Assembly: GCA_964016885.1 (NCBI GenBank)
Contig: OZ024764.1
Location: forward strand, 7,750,001-7,814,000
Length of the DNA: 64,000 bases
Direction: 5' to 3'
DNA from: Eledone cirrhosa
Lineage: Eukaryota
This document shows, piece by piece, positions 39,176 through 51,600 of this stretch (its first letter is position 1; every line of letters starts with the position of its first letter). The position numbers and the translations under genes were made by a program. The notes under the pieces were generated by a model, which worked only from the letters and a program-made list of their open reading frames with translations, did no database searches and was not told where the DNA came from.

Positions 39176-40236
39176 GGGACGAGCTGATAAATTCCGACCT
39201 CACACGCTTACACCTCTCCAAGACAATGTCACTGGACCGAGACCTTTGGCGGTACTCAGTAATAGAGAAGACCCGCCTTACCTAAATACAAAGTAAAAAC
39301 CTACTACAGTCAGTAGGCATCTCTATCAAAACACACCCCCGTCCCACCACCTCCACCCCACCCACACCGCCCCTTTCAATGTAAAGTTATGTTGGTCCCA
39401 CAACATCCAGGCCGAAACAAATGAGATCGTGTAGGTGTCACGACAAAAAACACACAGTCCACGCTGTAAATGTGGCCGTGTAGGCAACACGGTAAAAACC
39501 TCCCAGCCCCACACTGTAAATGTGGTTGGTGTTAGGAAGGGCATCCAGCTGTAGAAAACCCGCCAGACAGTCCACGCTGTAATGTGGCCGTGTAGGCAAC
39601 ACGGTAAAAACCTCCCAGCCCCACACTGTAAATGTGGTTGGTGTTAGGAAGGGCATCCAGCTGTAGAAAACCCGCCAGACAGTCCACGCTGTAATGTGGC
39701 CGTGTAGGCAACACGGTAAAAACCTCCCAGCCCCACACTGTAAATGTGGTTGGTGTTAGGAAGGGCATCCAGCTGTAGAAAACCCGCCAGACAGTCCACG
39801 CTGTAATGTGGCCGTGTAGGCAACACGGTAAAAACCTCCCAGCCCCACACTGTAAATGTGGTTGGTGTTAGGAAGGGCATCCAGCTGTAGAAAACCCGCC
39901 AGACAGTCCACGCTGTAATGTGGCCGTGTAGGCAACACGGTAAAAACCTCCCAGCCCCACACTGTAAATGTGGTTGGTGTTAGGAAGGGCATCCAGCTGT
40001 AGAAAACCCGCCAGACAGTCCACGCTGTAATGTGGCCGTGTAGGTAACACAGTAAAAACCTCCCAGCCCCACACTGTAAATGTGGTTGGTGTTAGGAAGG
40101 GCATCCAGCCGTAGAAAACCCGCCAGACAGTCCTATGCGAGCAAGACAACCACTCTTGCCTCAAGTGGGAAAACCCCCGTCCAAACCCATGCAAGCGTGG
40201 AACACGGACGCTAAACCTGATGATGATGATGATGAT
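39176..40236 (+). mobile_element. RTE 3' fragment (subfamily of 6312-8157) whose 3' UTR carries a 112-bp tandem amplification, ~6 copies
   Basis: 39176-39335 is essentially identical to 7993-8152; then 112-bp units containing gttggtgttaggaagggcatccagc; ends cggacgctaaacc(tga)n. Confidence 0.9.
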
Positions 40237-40475
40237 ATATATATATATATATATATATATATTGAAAGGATAACAAGGACGATTGGTTACTCCTTCATTG
40301 CATTTATTGGTAGGTGACACGTGTTTCACCACTGATCAGCTCAAGGTTCGATCTGTATCGATCCTACCTGACTCAATAATCGGCGGCTCGACGGACCCTC
40401 TTAAAATGCTATAAGAAAATGAAATACATGCTATGTGGTAAAGTCAGAGTTTCAAGAGTTTGACAAAATGAGTTG

Positions 40476-40821
40476 TCATCATCATCATCATCATTTCATT
40501 TTACGTCCACTTTTCCCTGCTTGCAAGGGTGGGACGGGAATAGATTCTGGCTTGATTTCTACAGCTGGATGCCATTCCTAACACCAACCTCATTTACAGT
40601 GAGTGCTGGGTGCTTTTTTGCCGTGGCACCACCACGACCACTTTGCAGTGGAATGATAGGAACCCCAGTCCCTATCATCTCATTTCTACAGCTGAGTAAA
40701 CTGGAGCAATGTGAAATAAAGTGTCTTGCTCAAGGAAACAACACATCACCCGGTCTGAGAATTGAACTCACAACCTTTCGATTGCAAGGCCAATGCTCTA
40801 ACCACTAAGCCATGTGCCTCC
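40476..40821 (-). mobile_element. tRNA-derived SINE, short-tail variant
   Basis: Reverse complement of the SINE at 36172-36512. Confidence 0.9.
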
Positions 40822-40823
40822 AT

Positions 40824-40854
<31 letters not shown>

Positions 40855-40856
40855 GT

Positions 40857-41100
40857 CTATGGCGGGTAAAATTCCCGAGATCCATGGACGAGTTCTCTCC
40901 AGCGGTCTCTGTCCCTCATTATCGCTGCCATGTCCTGCATCTCCAAGAGACCAGTGTCTGTCCTTGGGGCATCAACATATGTCAACCTCAGTCTCCCTCT
41001 TCTAGTGTGTCCATGTAGGGGCTCCCACAGGAGCACTGAGTGCAGTGTCAACTCTGGATGTCGGTGAGCACGTCCAGCTAACCTCAGTCTCCTCAGTGTC
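40857..41100 (-). mobile_element. 3' end of a further RTE/RTEX-like LINE family (shorter copies at 39015-39135 and 43733-43862)
   Basis: RRLRLAGRAHRHPE..LLWEPLHG..RRGRLRLTYVD..MRDRDRWRELV*. Confidence 0.75.
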
Positions 41101-41245
41101 ACAAATGAAAAAAAAAAATGAAATGAAAATATACAGATAAATCCACCAATCAATGGTAGGGTCTAAACCGTATGAAGAACTCAACGTAATCCGTATGTAG
41201 ATGTCGTGAAGCAAAGTTTAAAATACAAATAGTGAAAACAATTAA

Positions 41246-41381
41246 ATTTTTTCTGAAGACGGTGGGTAGGGAAGACATATGTATATTTTCTTACTATGAT
41301 ATTTTGTAATATATTTTACATAGATCAATAATAGAATGAACATACAGGGAACTACCCTCCAGAAACGATCGTAAAATAATG
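41246..41381 (+). ncRNA. Type I hammerhead motif with long stem II (same family as 25038-25176)
   Basis: atttttt-CTGAAGA-cGGtGGGTAG...CTACCCtCCa-GAAACGATCGT-A-aaataat. Confidence 0.65.
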
Positions 41382-41435
41382 AGTTTTACTATGAATTAAC
41401 CGTTTTTTGTTTAATGTCATTGTTTTCACTATTTG

Positions 41436-41467
<32 letters not shown>

Positions 41468-41588
41468 TGTATGTGTGAGTATATATATATATATATTTGT
41501 GTGAGTACGTGTACGTACTCACATATAGATGATAGTATGTGTGCATGGAGGGGTTGTGAGAGAAATATGCTTACAACGCTAGTTATAT

Positions 41589-41631
<43 letters not shown>

Positions 41632-41935
41632 CAGCAGCTGTTGTTGTTGTAGTAGTCCTTTGTAAACTTATCTTCTTCTTTTGCAGTGAACTATTACAAG
41701 GAGGCAGAACTGGACAGAGGCAGCTGGACAAACAGACAGACTTGGTCAGGTTGGTCACTGGTGGTGGTGGTGGTGGTGGTGGTGACTGACCAGTGGTGTT
41801 GGCCATGATGACGGTGGTGGTGGTGGTGGTGATATTATGTTGGTCGTGATGATGTATAAACAACAGCAACAACAACAGCAACAACAACAACAACAGTAAC
41901 AACAACAACTGTAACTGCAACTATTACAACAACAA

Positions 41936-42325
41936 GGGCACATTAGATAATGTAGTCCTAGATACACTATGTCTATATATAAGACAGGACACATTAAATA
42001 ATGTAGTCCTAGGTACACTGTGTTTGTATGTAAGACAGGACACATTAGGTAATGTAGTCCTAGATACACTGTGTCTGTATATAAGACTGGACACATTAGA
42101 TAATGTAGTCCTAGGTACACTGTGTCTGTATATAAGACAGGACACATTAGATAATGTAGTCCTAGATACACTGTATCTGAATATAAGACAGGACACATTA
42201 GATAATGTAGTCCTAGATACACTGTGTCTGTATATAAGACAGGACACATTAGATAATGTAGTCCTAGGTACACTGTGTCTGTATATAAGACAGGACACAT
42301 TAGATAATGTAGTCCTAGATACACT
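41936..42325. repeat. 51-bp tandem repeat, ~7.5 copies
   Basis: Unit gacacattagataatgtagtcctagatacactgtgtctgtatataagacag. Confidence 0.95.
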
Positions 42326-42458
42326 TTGATTTTATTGTCATTCAATATTTGGATTTCTAGCCACTGGAGTACCTCTTGGATAAATTTATTTTCATTATTT
42401 GCTGATTGTATGAACAAACTGTGCTTGGCATTTCTTTACCAAGTTCATTTCTCAACTA

Positions 42459-42497
<39 letters not shown>

Positions 42498-42601
42498 CGT
42501 ATACACACACACATATATATATATATATATCATCATCATCATCATTATCATTTTATGTCCGCTTTTCCCTGCTTGCAAGGGTGGGACGGGTCCTATTCAC
42601 A

Positions 42602-42636
<35 letters not shown>

Positions 42637-44016
42637 GCAGAAGTTATATTTAATTTGTTGGGATTCAACAAGCTTAAAAGTTTTATAACTGATATAAAGC
42701 ACTCAACAATTACTGGAGTAAATATTCAATATATTAATAAATGGAAACTATATTTATAAAACCATAATTATTTTATTATATATATTTGAAGGGCAACCAA
42801 GGCAATTTTGGTGCGCTTTCATCAGATAAAATACAAAATATGTTTTATAAATGTTGACATACCCGCAGAAGAACAACCTTGACGGTTGAAGTTCGGTGGA
42901 TAGTGGAAAAAATTTTTTATTGAGGGTAATTCAAAGTTCTGTGTGAGTATGCAAATGAATGTCCGAAAAAATTGAAAAATATATATGTATATATATATAT
43001 ATGTAAATGTAATCTGAGTTTTTCGAATATTAAAAATGAGGGACTTATTCTACTGACATGGCTTAAAAGAGGCTGTTTGCATAATTGCAAACGAATCGAA
43101 TATTATTATTAATAATCGAAAAACTCAGATTACGTTTATTGTATTCAACCATGTAGAGCGATAACTAGTTATATATATATATATGAAATATCTATGATCG
43201 TCGGCAAATCACTGATGAGGGACTTATTTTATTACATGTTATCCATGTGCTACCAGCAGTATTTTTCTCCCCATTTTATTACATATATATATATATATAT
43301 ATAGTAATAATAAATGTGAAGACTAAAATCCGAAGAGGGCTCAATAAGGATAATATATATATGAATATATATAAAAACCGTAGAGCAAATATATATTAAA
43401 ATAACAGATTAAAGTTTAAGCAAAGAATTGCAGCTTTCGCCCTTAAGGTGAGAGAATTCTGGCCGGATACGGCCGGTTTAAATGCTAAAGGGTTAATGTG
43501 AAGACAAATGTAGGCAAAAATTTCTTAGGCCTCATAGTTCTTCATTTCGCTGTTTCTCCATAAATACCAAAAGATATTTCATCGCCACACAGTAAAGATA
43601 GGATACTCTTGCACCAACAATGTAAAAACCTATAAGAAGAGGCCATCTTTGTTTTTTATTTTCCTCATGACAGGCTGAAGAAATTGGGTAACTGTTTATG
43701 TCACTGTTGTAATTATTTATATATATCTCTATCTAAGGCGGGTAAAATTCCCGAGATCCATGTACGAGTTCTCTCCAGCGGTCTCTGTCCCTCATTATCG
43801 CTGCCATATCCTGCATCTCCAACAGACCAGTGTCTGTCCTTGGGGCATCAACATATGTTAACCTTTATTTCATTAATAGCTAACTTTGTCTGTTGCAATG
43901 CAAACACGTTTCGTGTTTATCATATATTTTAATGTATTTAACTGCTCGGAAATGCCCCTTTTCTTGGAGCTTAATTATTGTAAACGACTGAGAGTTTATT
44001 CTCAAAATATAATATA

Positions 44017-44055
<39 letters not shown>

Positions 44056-44061
44056 TTTATT

Positions 44062-44123
<62 letters not shown>

Positions 44124-44129
44124 TTTATT

Positions 44130-44163
<34 letters not shown>

Positions 44164-44183
44164 TATAATTATTTATTTATATA

Positions 44184-44314
<131 letters not shown>

Positions 44315-44375
44315 GAAAAGAGTCAGGACCCCGACAGCTGAGCTCCGGCCGTTTCCACAGCTAGATCCGAACTAA

Positions 44376-44450
<75 letters not shown>

Positions 44451-44538
44451 GCAAAAAACAAACAGAAACAACAAATCAAACAACACCTTATCATGAAGAA
44501 ATATATTAGTTTAATTGTGGATATAGCAAGAAAAGAGT

Positions 44539-44573
44539 GTTAACGTTTCGGACACTAGTCCTTCATCAGAAGA
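44539..44573 (-). ncRNA. Minimal hammerhead motif (Penelope pLTR-type)
   Basis: Minus strand: tctt-CTGATGA-A-GGAC-tagt-GTCC-GAAACGTT-aa; sister copy at 55566-55601. Confidence 0.6.
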
Positions 44574-45210
44574 TGAAATAAAAAGATTGAGAGTGAGATA
44601 AGAAAGAGACAGAGAGAAAATTTTTTGAGAAAAATACACGTGTGTATTGAGTCAGCCATTTTGATATATATAAGCTTCTCTTTTGATTACTTCATTACAT
44701 TTGTCTGTTACAATTGTCCTGTCACATGTCCATATGTAGTTATTTCCCCTTGTTTTTCTGTCCAATGAGTCATAAAGACCCTATCTGTACCCATGTTTTC
44801 TTGTCCTATACCCATTGTGTCTTCATCACAAATACCTCTCTCACTTTAGAGATCATTGATTCACTGGGAAGAATAGTCTTGTCTTTAAAGTCACTGAAAC
44901 TATGTTAAATCCCAGAAGATAGCTGATGAGCAAGAACCATCCATGTTTCCATCTTCTCCAAGTTTTCTGCTCTTCTTATATCTCCACATGTTATTTTTTT
45001 TTTACTGATATTATCATTGTAACTAACACTGGTTAGTTTATATATATATGTGTGTGTTAAGTATTTCCGAAGAAAAAGCAAAGGAAAAAAGAGTGCTCTA
45101 TGTGGAGAACAGAGCTATTTAATTAGAAAGTGTGTTAATATTGTCTAAAGTCCTGAAACCTTTGGTAATGGAGTAGTTATATATTGCGTTGTTCACTTTA
45201 TAATTAAATA

Positions 45211-45400
<190 letters not shown>

Positions 45401-45407
45401 TATATAC

Positions 45408-45568
<161 letters not shown>

Positions 45569-45614
45569 CTTTCTGTAGACAGTGACTTCGAAGTTTTAAC
45601 ATTGATCATTGGTC

Positions 45615-48600
45615 ATGGTTCACGCGGGAGTATCTGCCTTCATCTGTTGCAGCCTGAATCAAACGAGTGTAGCACTCAATACCTACAGCGCACACACCGC
45701 CACAGCCGCCACAGCCACCACAACCACCCCCAACATCACGTCGCCACCCATCTCACCGATTGCGTCCACCGTCGCAGACGTACCACTCAACACCCTGAAA
45801 ATACTGATGCCCACCTCCCCCACCGCCCCCACCGCCCCCACCGCCCCCACCGCCCCCGCCTCCCCCATCACCACCGACCTTGGCAGTGCCGCTGCTCCGG
45901 TCCTTGTGACCGTACTCACCCTGCTCGCCCTTGTCACCAACTGCCTGCTCGTGCTGGTCGTGCGACGCTCCCCCAGCCTCAGGGGTTACGCCAACTACTA
46001 CCTACTGAACCTCTGCTGCAACAACATCCTGCTCTGCCTCTGTGCAGCGGCGCTGCTGTTGTCGACGGTAACGACAATGGCGGTGAAGACAGACGCACAG
46101 ACAACAATAAGGTCGCGGCCCGTTGGGCCGGCTTCCTCGGGTGCCACGGGTGAAACAAGCTCGCGGCACATCAGGTCAGCGTTCTTGGGTGCCACGGGTG
46201 AGATAGCGTCCTCAGGTGCCACAGGTGGTACCATGGGTGCAACAAGGTCGCGGCACGTCGGGGTACCGGGGTACTCAGGTGCCACGGGTGAAACAAGCTC
46301 GCGGCACATCAGGCCAGCGTTCTTGGGTGCCACGGGTGAGACAGCGTCCTCAGGTGCCACAGGTGGTACCATGGGTGCAACAAGGTCGCGGCACGTCGGG
46401 GTACCGGGGTTCTCAGGTGCCACGGGTGAAACAAGCTCGCGGCACATCAGGCCAGCGTTCTTGGGTGCCACGGGTGAAACAGCGTCCTCAGGTGCCACAA
46501 GGTCGCGGCACGTCGGGGTACCGGCGTTCTCAGGTGCCACGGGTGCAACAAGGTCAAGCCTTATACAATCCAGCTCCCTGGTAGGAAATCCTCCAGCAGT
46601 CCTGAGCATTGCACCATCAGCCCCTCCTCCGATATTGTCGACACCCACTTCATCAGGGCCTGAAGTCCAAACCCTTGCATCGTCAGCCCCTCCTAGAATT
46701 TTGGGTTTTAACCCATCAGGGTCTCTAGTACAAAATCATGAGATCCAAACCCTTGCACCATCATTTCGTCCTAGAATTTGGGGTTTCCCTTCATCAGTAC
46801 CTCCAGGAGTAAATACTCAACTCCAAATCCTTGCTTCATCAACCCCGCCTAAAAGTTGTAGTTTCACCTCATCAAGGGCTCTAGAAGCATATCCTAAAGT
46901 GCCAGTAATTGCCTCATTAGTCCTCCCTACTATGTCAGGCATTGATCCATCAGACCCTCTGGAAGAAAACCCTTCAGCACTGAGAATTGCGCTATCAGCC
47001 CTTCCTATAGTATCAAGCGCTACAGCTTCAAAACAAGCAATGTTCAGCCCTGCCCCACTAGAATATACACAGATGAAGCTCCTGCTATCTGACCCTGTCC
47101 TATCAGATCCTTCAGTACTTAGCTTTGCACATTCGACCCTTCTTAAAATTTTAGGGTTTAACCTATCAGGGCCTTTGAGAGCAAATCCTGAAGTATCAGG
47201 CATTGCACCCACATCCCTTCCTGTAGTATTGGGCCCTGTTGTATCATGTGCTGCACATCAAAGCCCCAACACCGCCTCACATCAAAGCCACAACACCACC
47301 TCACATCAAAGTCACAACACCACCTCACATCAAAGCCACAACACACCCCCACATCAAAAGCTCAGCCCTGCCGCATCAGGTTTTTTAGAGTCAAGTCCTT
47401 CATGGCTGGACATTTCCCCAACAAGGGTTACAGGGTCAGTCCAGCTGGTGTCAGAGCACATCCAAATTCCACCTGCAGTGTCTGACTCTACCCCATCCCA
47501 CCCTGCAGTCCCTAGACACGCCCCATCCCACCCTGCAGTCTCTAGCCACGCCCCATTCCACCATGCAGTTCCTAACCACGCCCCATTCCACCCTGAAATA
47601 TCTAGCCACGCCCCATTCCATTCTGCAGCATCTGGTCACGCCCCATTCCACCCTGCTGCCGCTAGCCACACCCCATTTCACTCTACAGTCCCTGGTCACG
47701 TCCCATTCCACTCTGCAGTCCCTAACCACGCCCCATTCCACTCTATAGTATCTAGCCACGCCCCATCCCACCCTGCAGTCCCAAACCACGTCCCATTCCA
47801 CTCTGCAGTCCCAAACCACGCCCCATTCCACTCTGCAGTCCCTAGCCACGCCCCATCCTATCCTGCAACGTCTGACTCCACCCCATCTCAGCCTGAAGTC
47901 CCACACCCTACCCAGTCCCAGCCGTCAATGCTGACCCCCGCTGCAACACCGATCTGCGGTGTCCAGCTTTTTCTATGCTCCCACTTCTTCCTGCAGTACT
48001 GTATGGGTTTTGCGTCGGTCAGCTATTACCACTGCTGGACGCTGCACCGGACGACGGTCAGTCTCCACGCCAGGAAGAAGTTTGTCGTTTATTCAATCGG
48101 GACCTCCTGGTTCCTCTCGTTGCACCTCAGTGCTGCCCTTGTTGTGGTCTTTGTGGAGGACCTCCTCGCTTGGACGGTTTTCACGTCACCGACCTCAGGC
48201 ATCGCTTGGATGGGAACGGTAACAACAACAACAACAACAGCAACTGCAACACTTCCAGCACGACCACCACCACCACCACCACCACCATCATCAACACCAC
48301 CACCACCATCATCATCATCAACACCACCACCACCACCATCGACAACACCACCATCACCACCACCACCACCACCATCATCAACACCACCACCACCAACAAC
48401 ATCACCACCACCACCACCACCACCACCACCATCGACAACACCACCGTCAACACCACCACCACCGCCACCATCAACATCACCACCACCACCATCGACACCA
48501 CCACCACCATCGACAACACCACCATCACCACCACCACCACCATCATCATCAACACCACCACCACCATCATCGACACCACCACCATCGACAACACCACCAT

Positions 48601-51600
48601 CAACACCACCACCACCATCATCATCATCAACACCACCACCACCATCATCAACACCACCACCACCACCACCACCATTATCATCAACACCACCAAAAACAAC
48701 AACAGAAGCAACAATAAGTACAATGAAAATATTCACTGCCAACACCACCCCACATCCAAGCCACACCACACCCCCACATCAAAAACTCAACCCCACCCCA
48801 CATCAAAAGGTCAACCCCACCCCACAACAAAAACTCAACCCTTCCCCACATCAAAAGGTCAACCCCACCCCACAACAAAAACTCAACCCTGCCCCACATC
48901 AAAAGGACAACCCCACCCCACAACAAAAACTCAACCCTGCCCCACATCAAAGCCACAACACCACCCCACATCAAAAGCTCAACCCTTCCCCACAACAAAA
49001 CCTCAGCGACACCACCCCACATCGAAAGCTCAACCCTGCCCCACAACAAAACCTCAGCGACACCACCCCACATCGAAAGCTCAACCCAGCCCCACAACAA
49101 ACCCTCAGCGACACCACCCCACATCGAAAGCTCAACCCAGCCCCACAACAAAACCTCAGCGACACCACCCCACATCGAAAGCTCAACCCAGCCCCACAAC
49201 AAAACCTCAGCGACACCACCCCACATCGAAAGCTCAACCCTGCCCCACAACAAAACCTCAGCGACACCACCCCACATCGAAAGCTCAACCCAGCCCCACA
49301 ACAAAACCTCAGCGACACCACCCCGCATCGAAAGCTCAACCCTTCCCCACAACAAAACCTCAGCGACACCACCCCACAACAAAACCTCAGCGACACCACC
49401 CCACATCGAAAGCTCAACCCTGCCCCACAACAAAACCTCAGCAACACCACCCCACAACAAAACCTCAGTGACACCACCCCACATCAAAAGCTCAACCCTT
49501 CCCCACAACAAAACCTCAGCGACACCACCCCACAACAAATTCAGTTCACCACCCCACAACACCTCCTTGTGTTTCTCTATCTAATTGTGTTCTTGGCTAG
49601 TTTTGCATTTGTGGTTGCTGCACACATAAATATGAATGTCGTACTGGGGTTCATTGGAGGCCCAAGGTGCCACAGATTCCTGTTTGGGTTAGGGTTTTGT
49701 CTGGGTCATTCGAATACGAGGATAAAGGACGAGAGAAACAGCAATAGCAACAACATCAGCCCTACCAATAATTCCAACAACACACCTAACACGAACACCA
49801 CGAACACCACCATCACCACCAACAACACTACCATCACCACCTCCAACGCCACCCCCAACACCACCAACAACAACACCACCACCAACAACAACACCACCAA
49901 CAACAGTAACACCAACAACACCACCAACACCATCAACACCACCACCAACACCAACAACACCACCAACAACAGTAACAACACCACCACCACCACCAACAAC
50001 AACACCAACAACAACAACAACACCAACACTACCAACACCATCAACACCACCACCGACAACAGTAACACCAACACCACCAACACCACCAACAATACCACCA
50101 CCAACACCACCAACACCACCAACACCAACAACACCATCAACACCACCACCAACACTACCAACACCACCAACACCAACACCACCAACACCACCAACACCAC
50201 CACCATCAACAAAGGAAAGAAGAAGAGATGGAAGTTTACTAAGCCCAACAGAGTGTCACCTTACTGCAGGGTGACACTGCATGGCACTGCAGTAGCTTCT
50301 GGAATAGTGACTCCTTACGACTCTGCCACACCATATGGCACAGTGTCACACCATGGCACGGTGACTCCTTACGACTCTGTGACACCTTATGGCACGGTGT
50401 CACTCCATGGCACAACACACCATGGCACAGCAGCACACCAGGGCACAATACACCATGGCACGGTGACTCCTTACGACTCTGCGACACCTTATGGCACGGT
50501 GTCACTCCATGGCACAGCAACACACCATGGCACAGCGGCACACCAGGGCACAATACACCACGGCACGGTGGCTCCTTACGACTCTGCGACACCTTATGGC
50601 ACGGTGTCACACTATGACACAACACATCATGGCACAGCGACACACCATGGCACAGCAACACACCAGGGCACAATACACCATGGCACGGTGACTCCTGACG
50701 ACTCTGCGACATCTTATAACAGGGTGTCACACCATGGCACAATGACACATTATAGCACAGTGACACCTTCTCGCACAACAGCACCCCATGGCCCTGTGTC
50801 ACCCCATAACACGACAACACCCCATGGCACAGCGACGCCCTGTGGTATAGTGCCACCTCATGTCACGGCGGCACCCCATGTCGCAACGATGCCCTATGGC
50901 ACAGCAGTGACATCGGCTAACAATTGCCGTAACCCTCCACACATTTCGAGACGTTCACATCTCACCCAATCTCAATCATCGCTACCATCATCAACATCAT
51001 TATTGCCACTACCACCACCACCACTACCACCACTACCGCCACCACCACTACCATTACCACCACTACCATTAACATCATCATCACCACAACTACCACCACC
51101 ACCACCACGACTACTACCACCACTACAACAACCATCATCACCACTACCACTACAACAGCCACCACCACCAACATCACCATCACCACTACCACTACAACAG
51201 CCACCACCACCAACATCACCATCACCACTACCACTACAACAGCCACCACAACCACCATCACCACTACCACTACAACAGCCACCACCACCAACATCACCAT
51301 CACCACTACCACTACAACAGCCACCACAACCACCACCACCATCACTACAACAACCACCATCATCACCATCACCACTACAACCACCACCACCACCATCACC
51401 ACTACAACCACCACCATCGCCATCACCACAACAACCACCACCATCGCCATCACCACTACAACCACCACCACAACAACCACCATCATCACCATCACCACTA
51501 CAACCACCACCACAACAACCACCATCATCACCATCACCACTACAACCACCACCACAACAACCACCATCATCACCATCACCACTACAACCACCACCACCAC

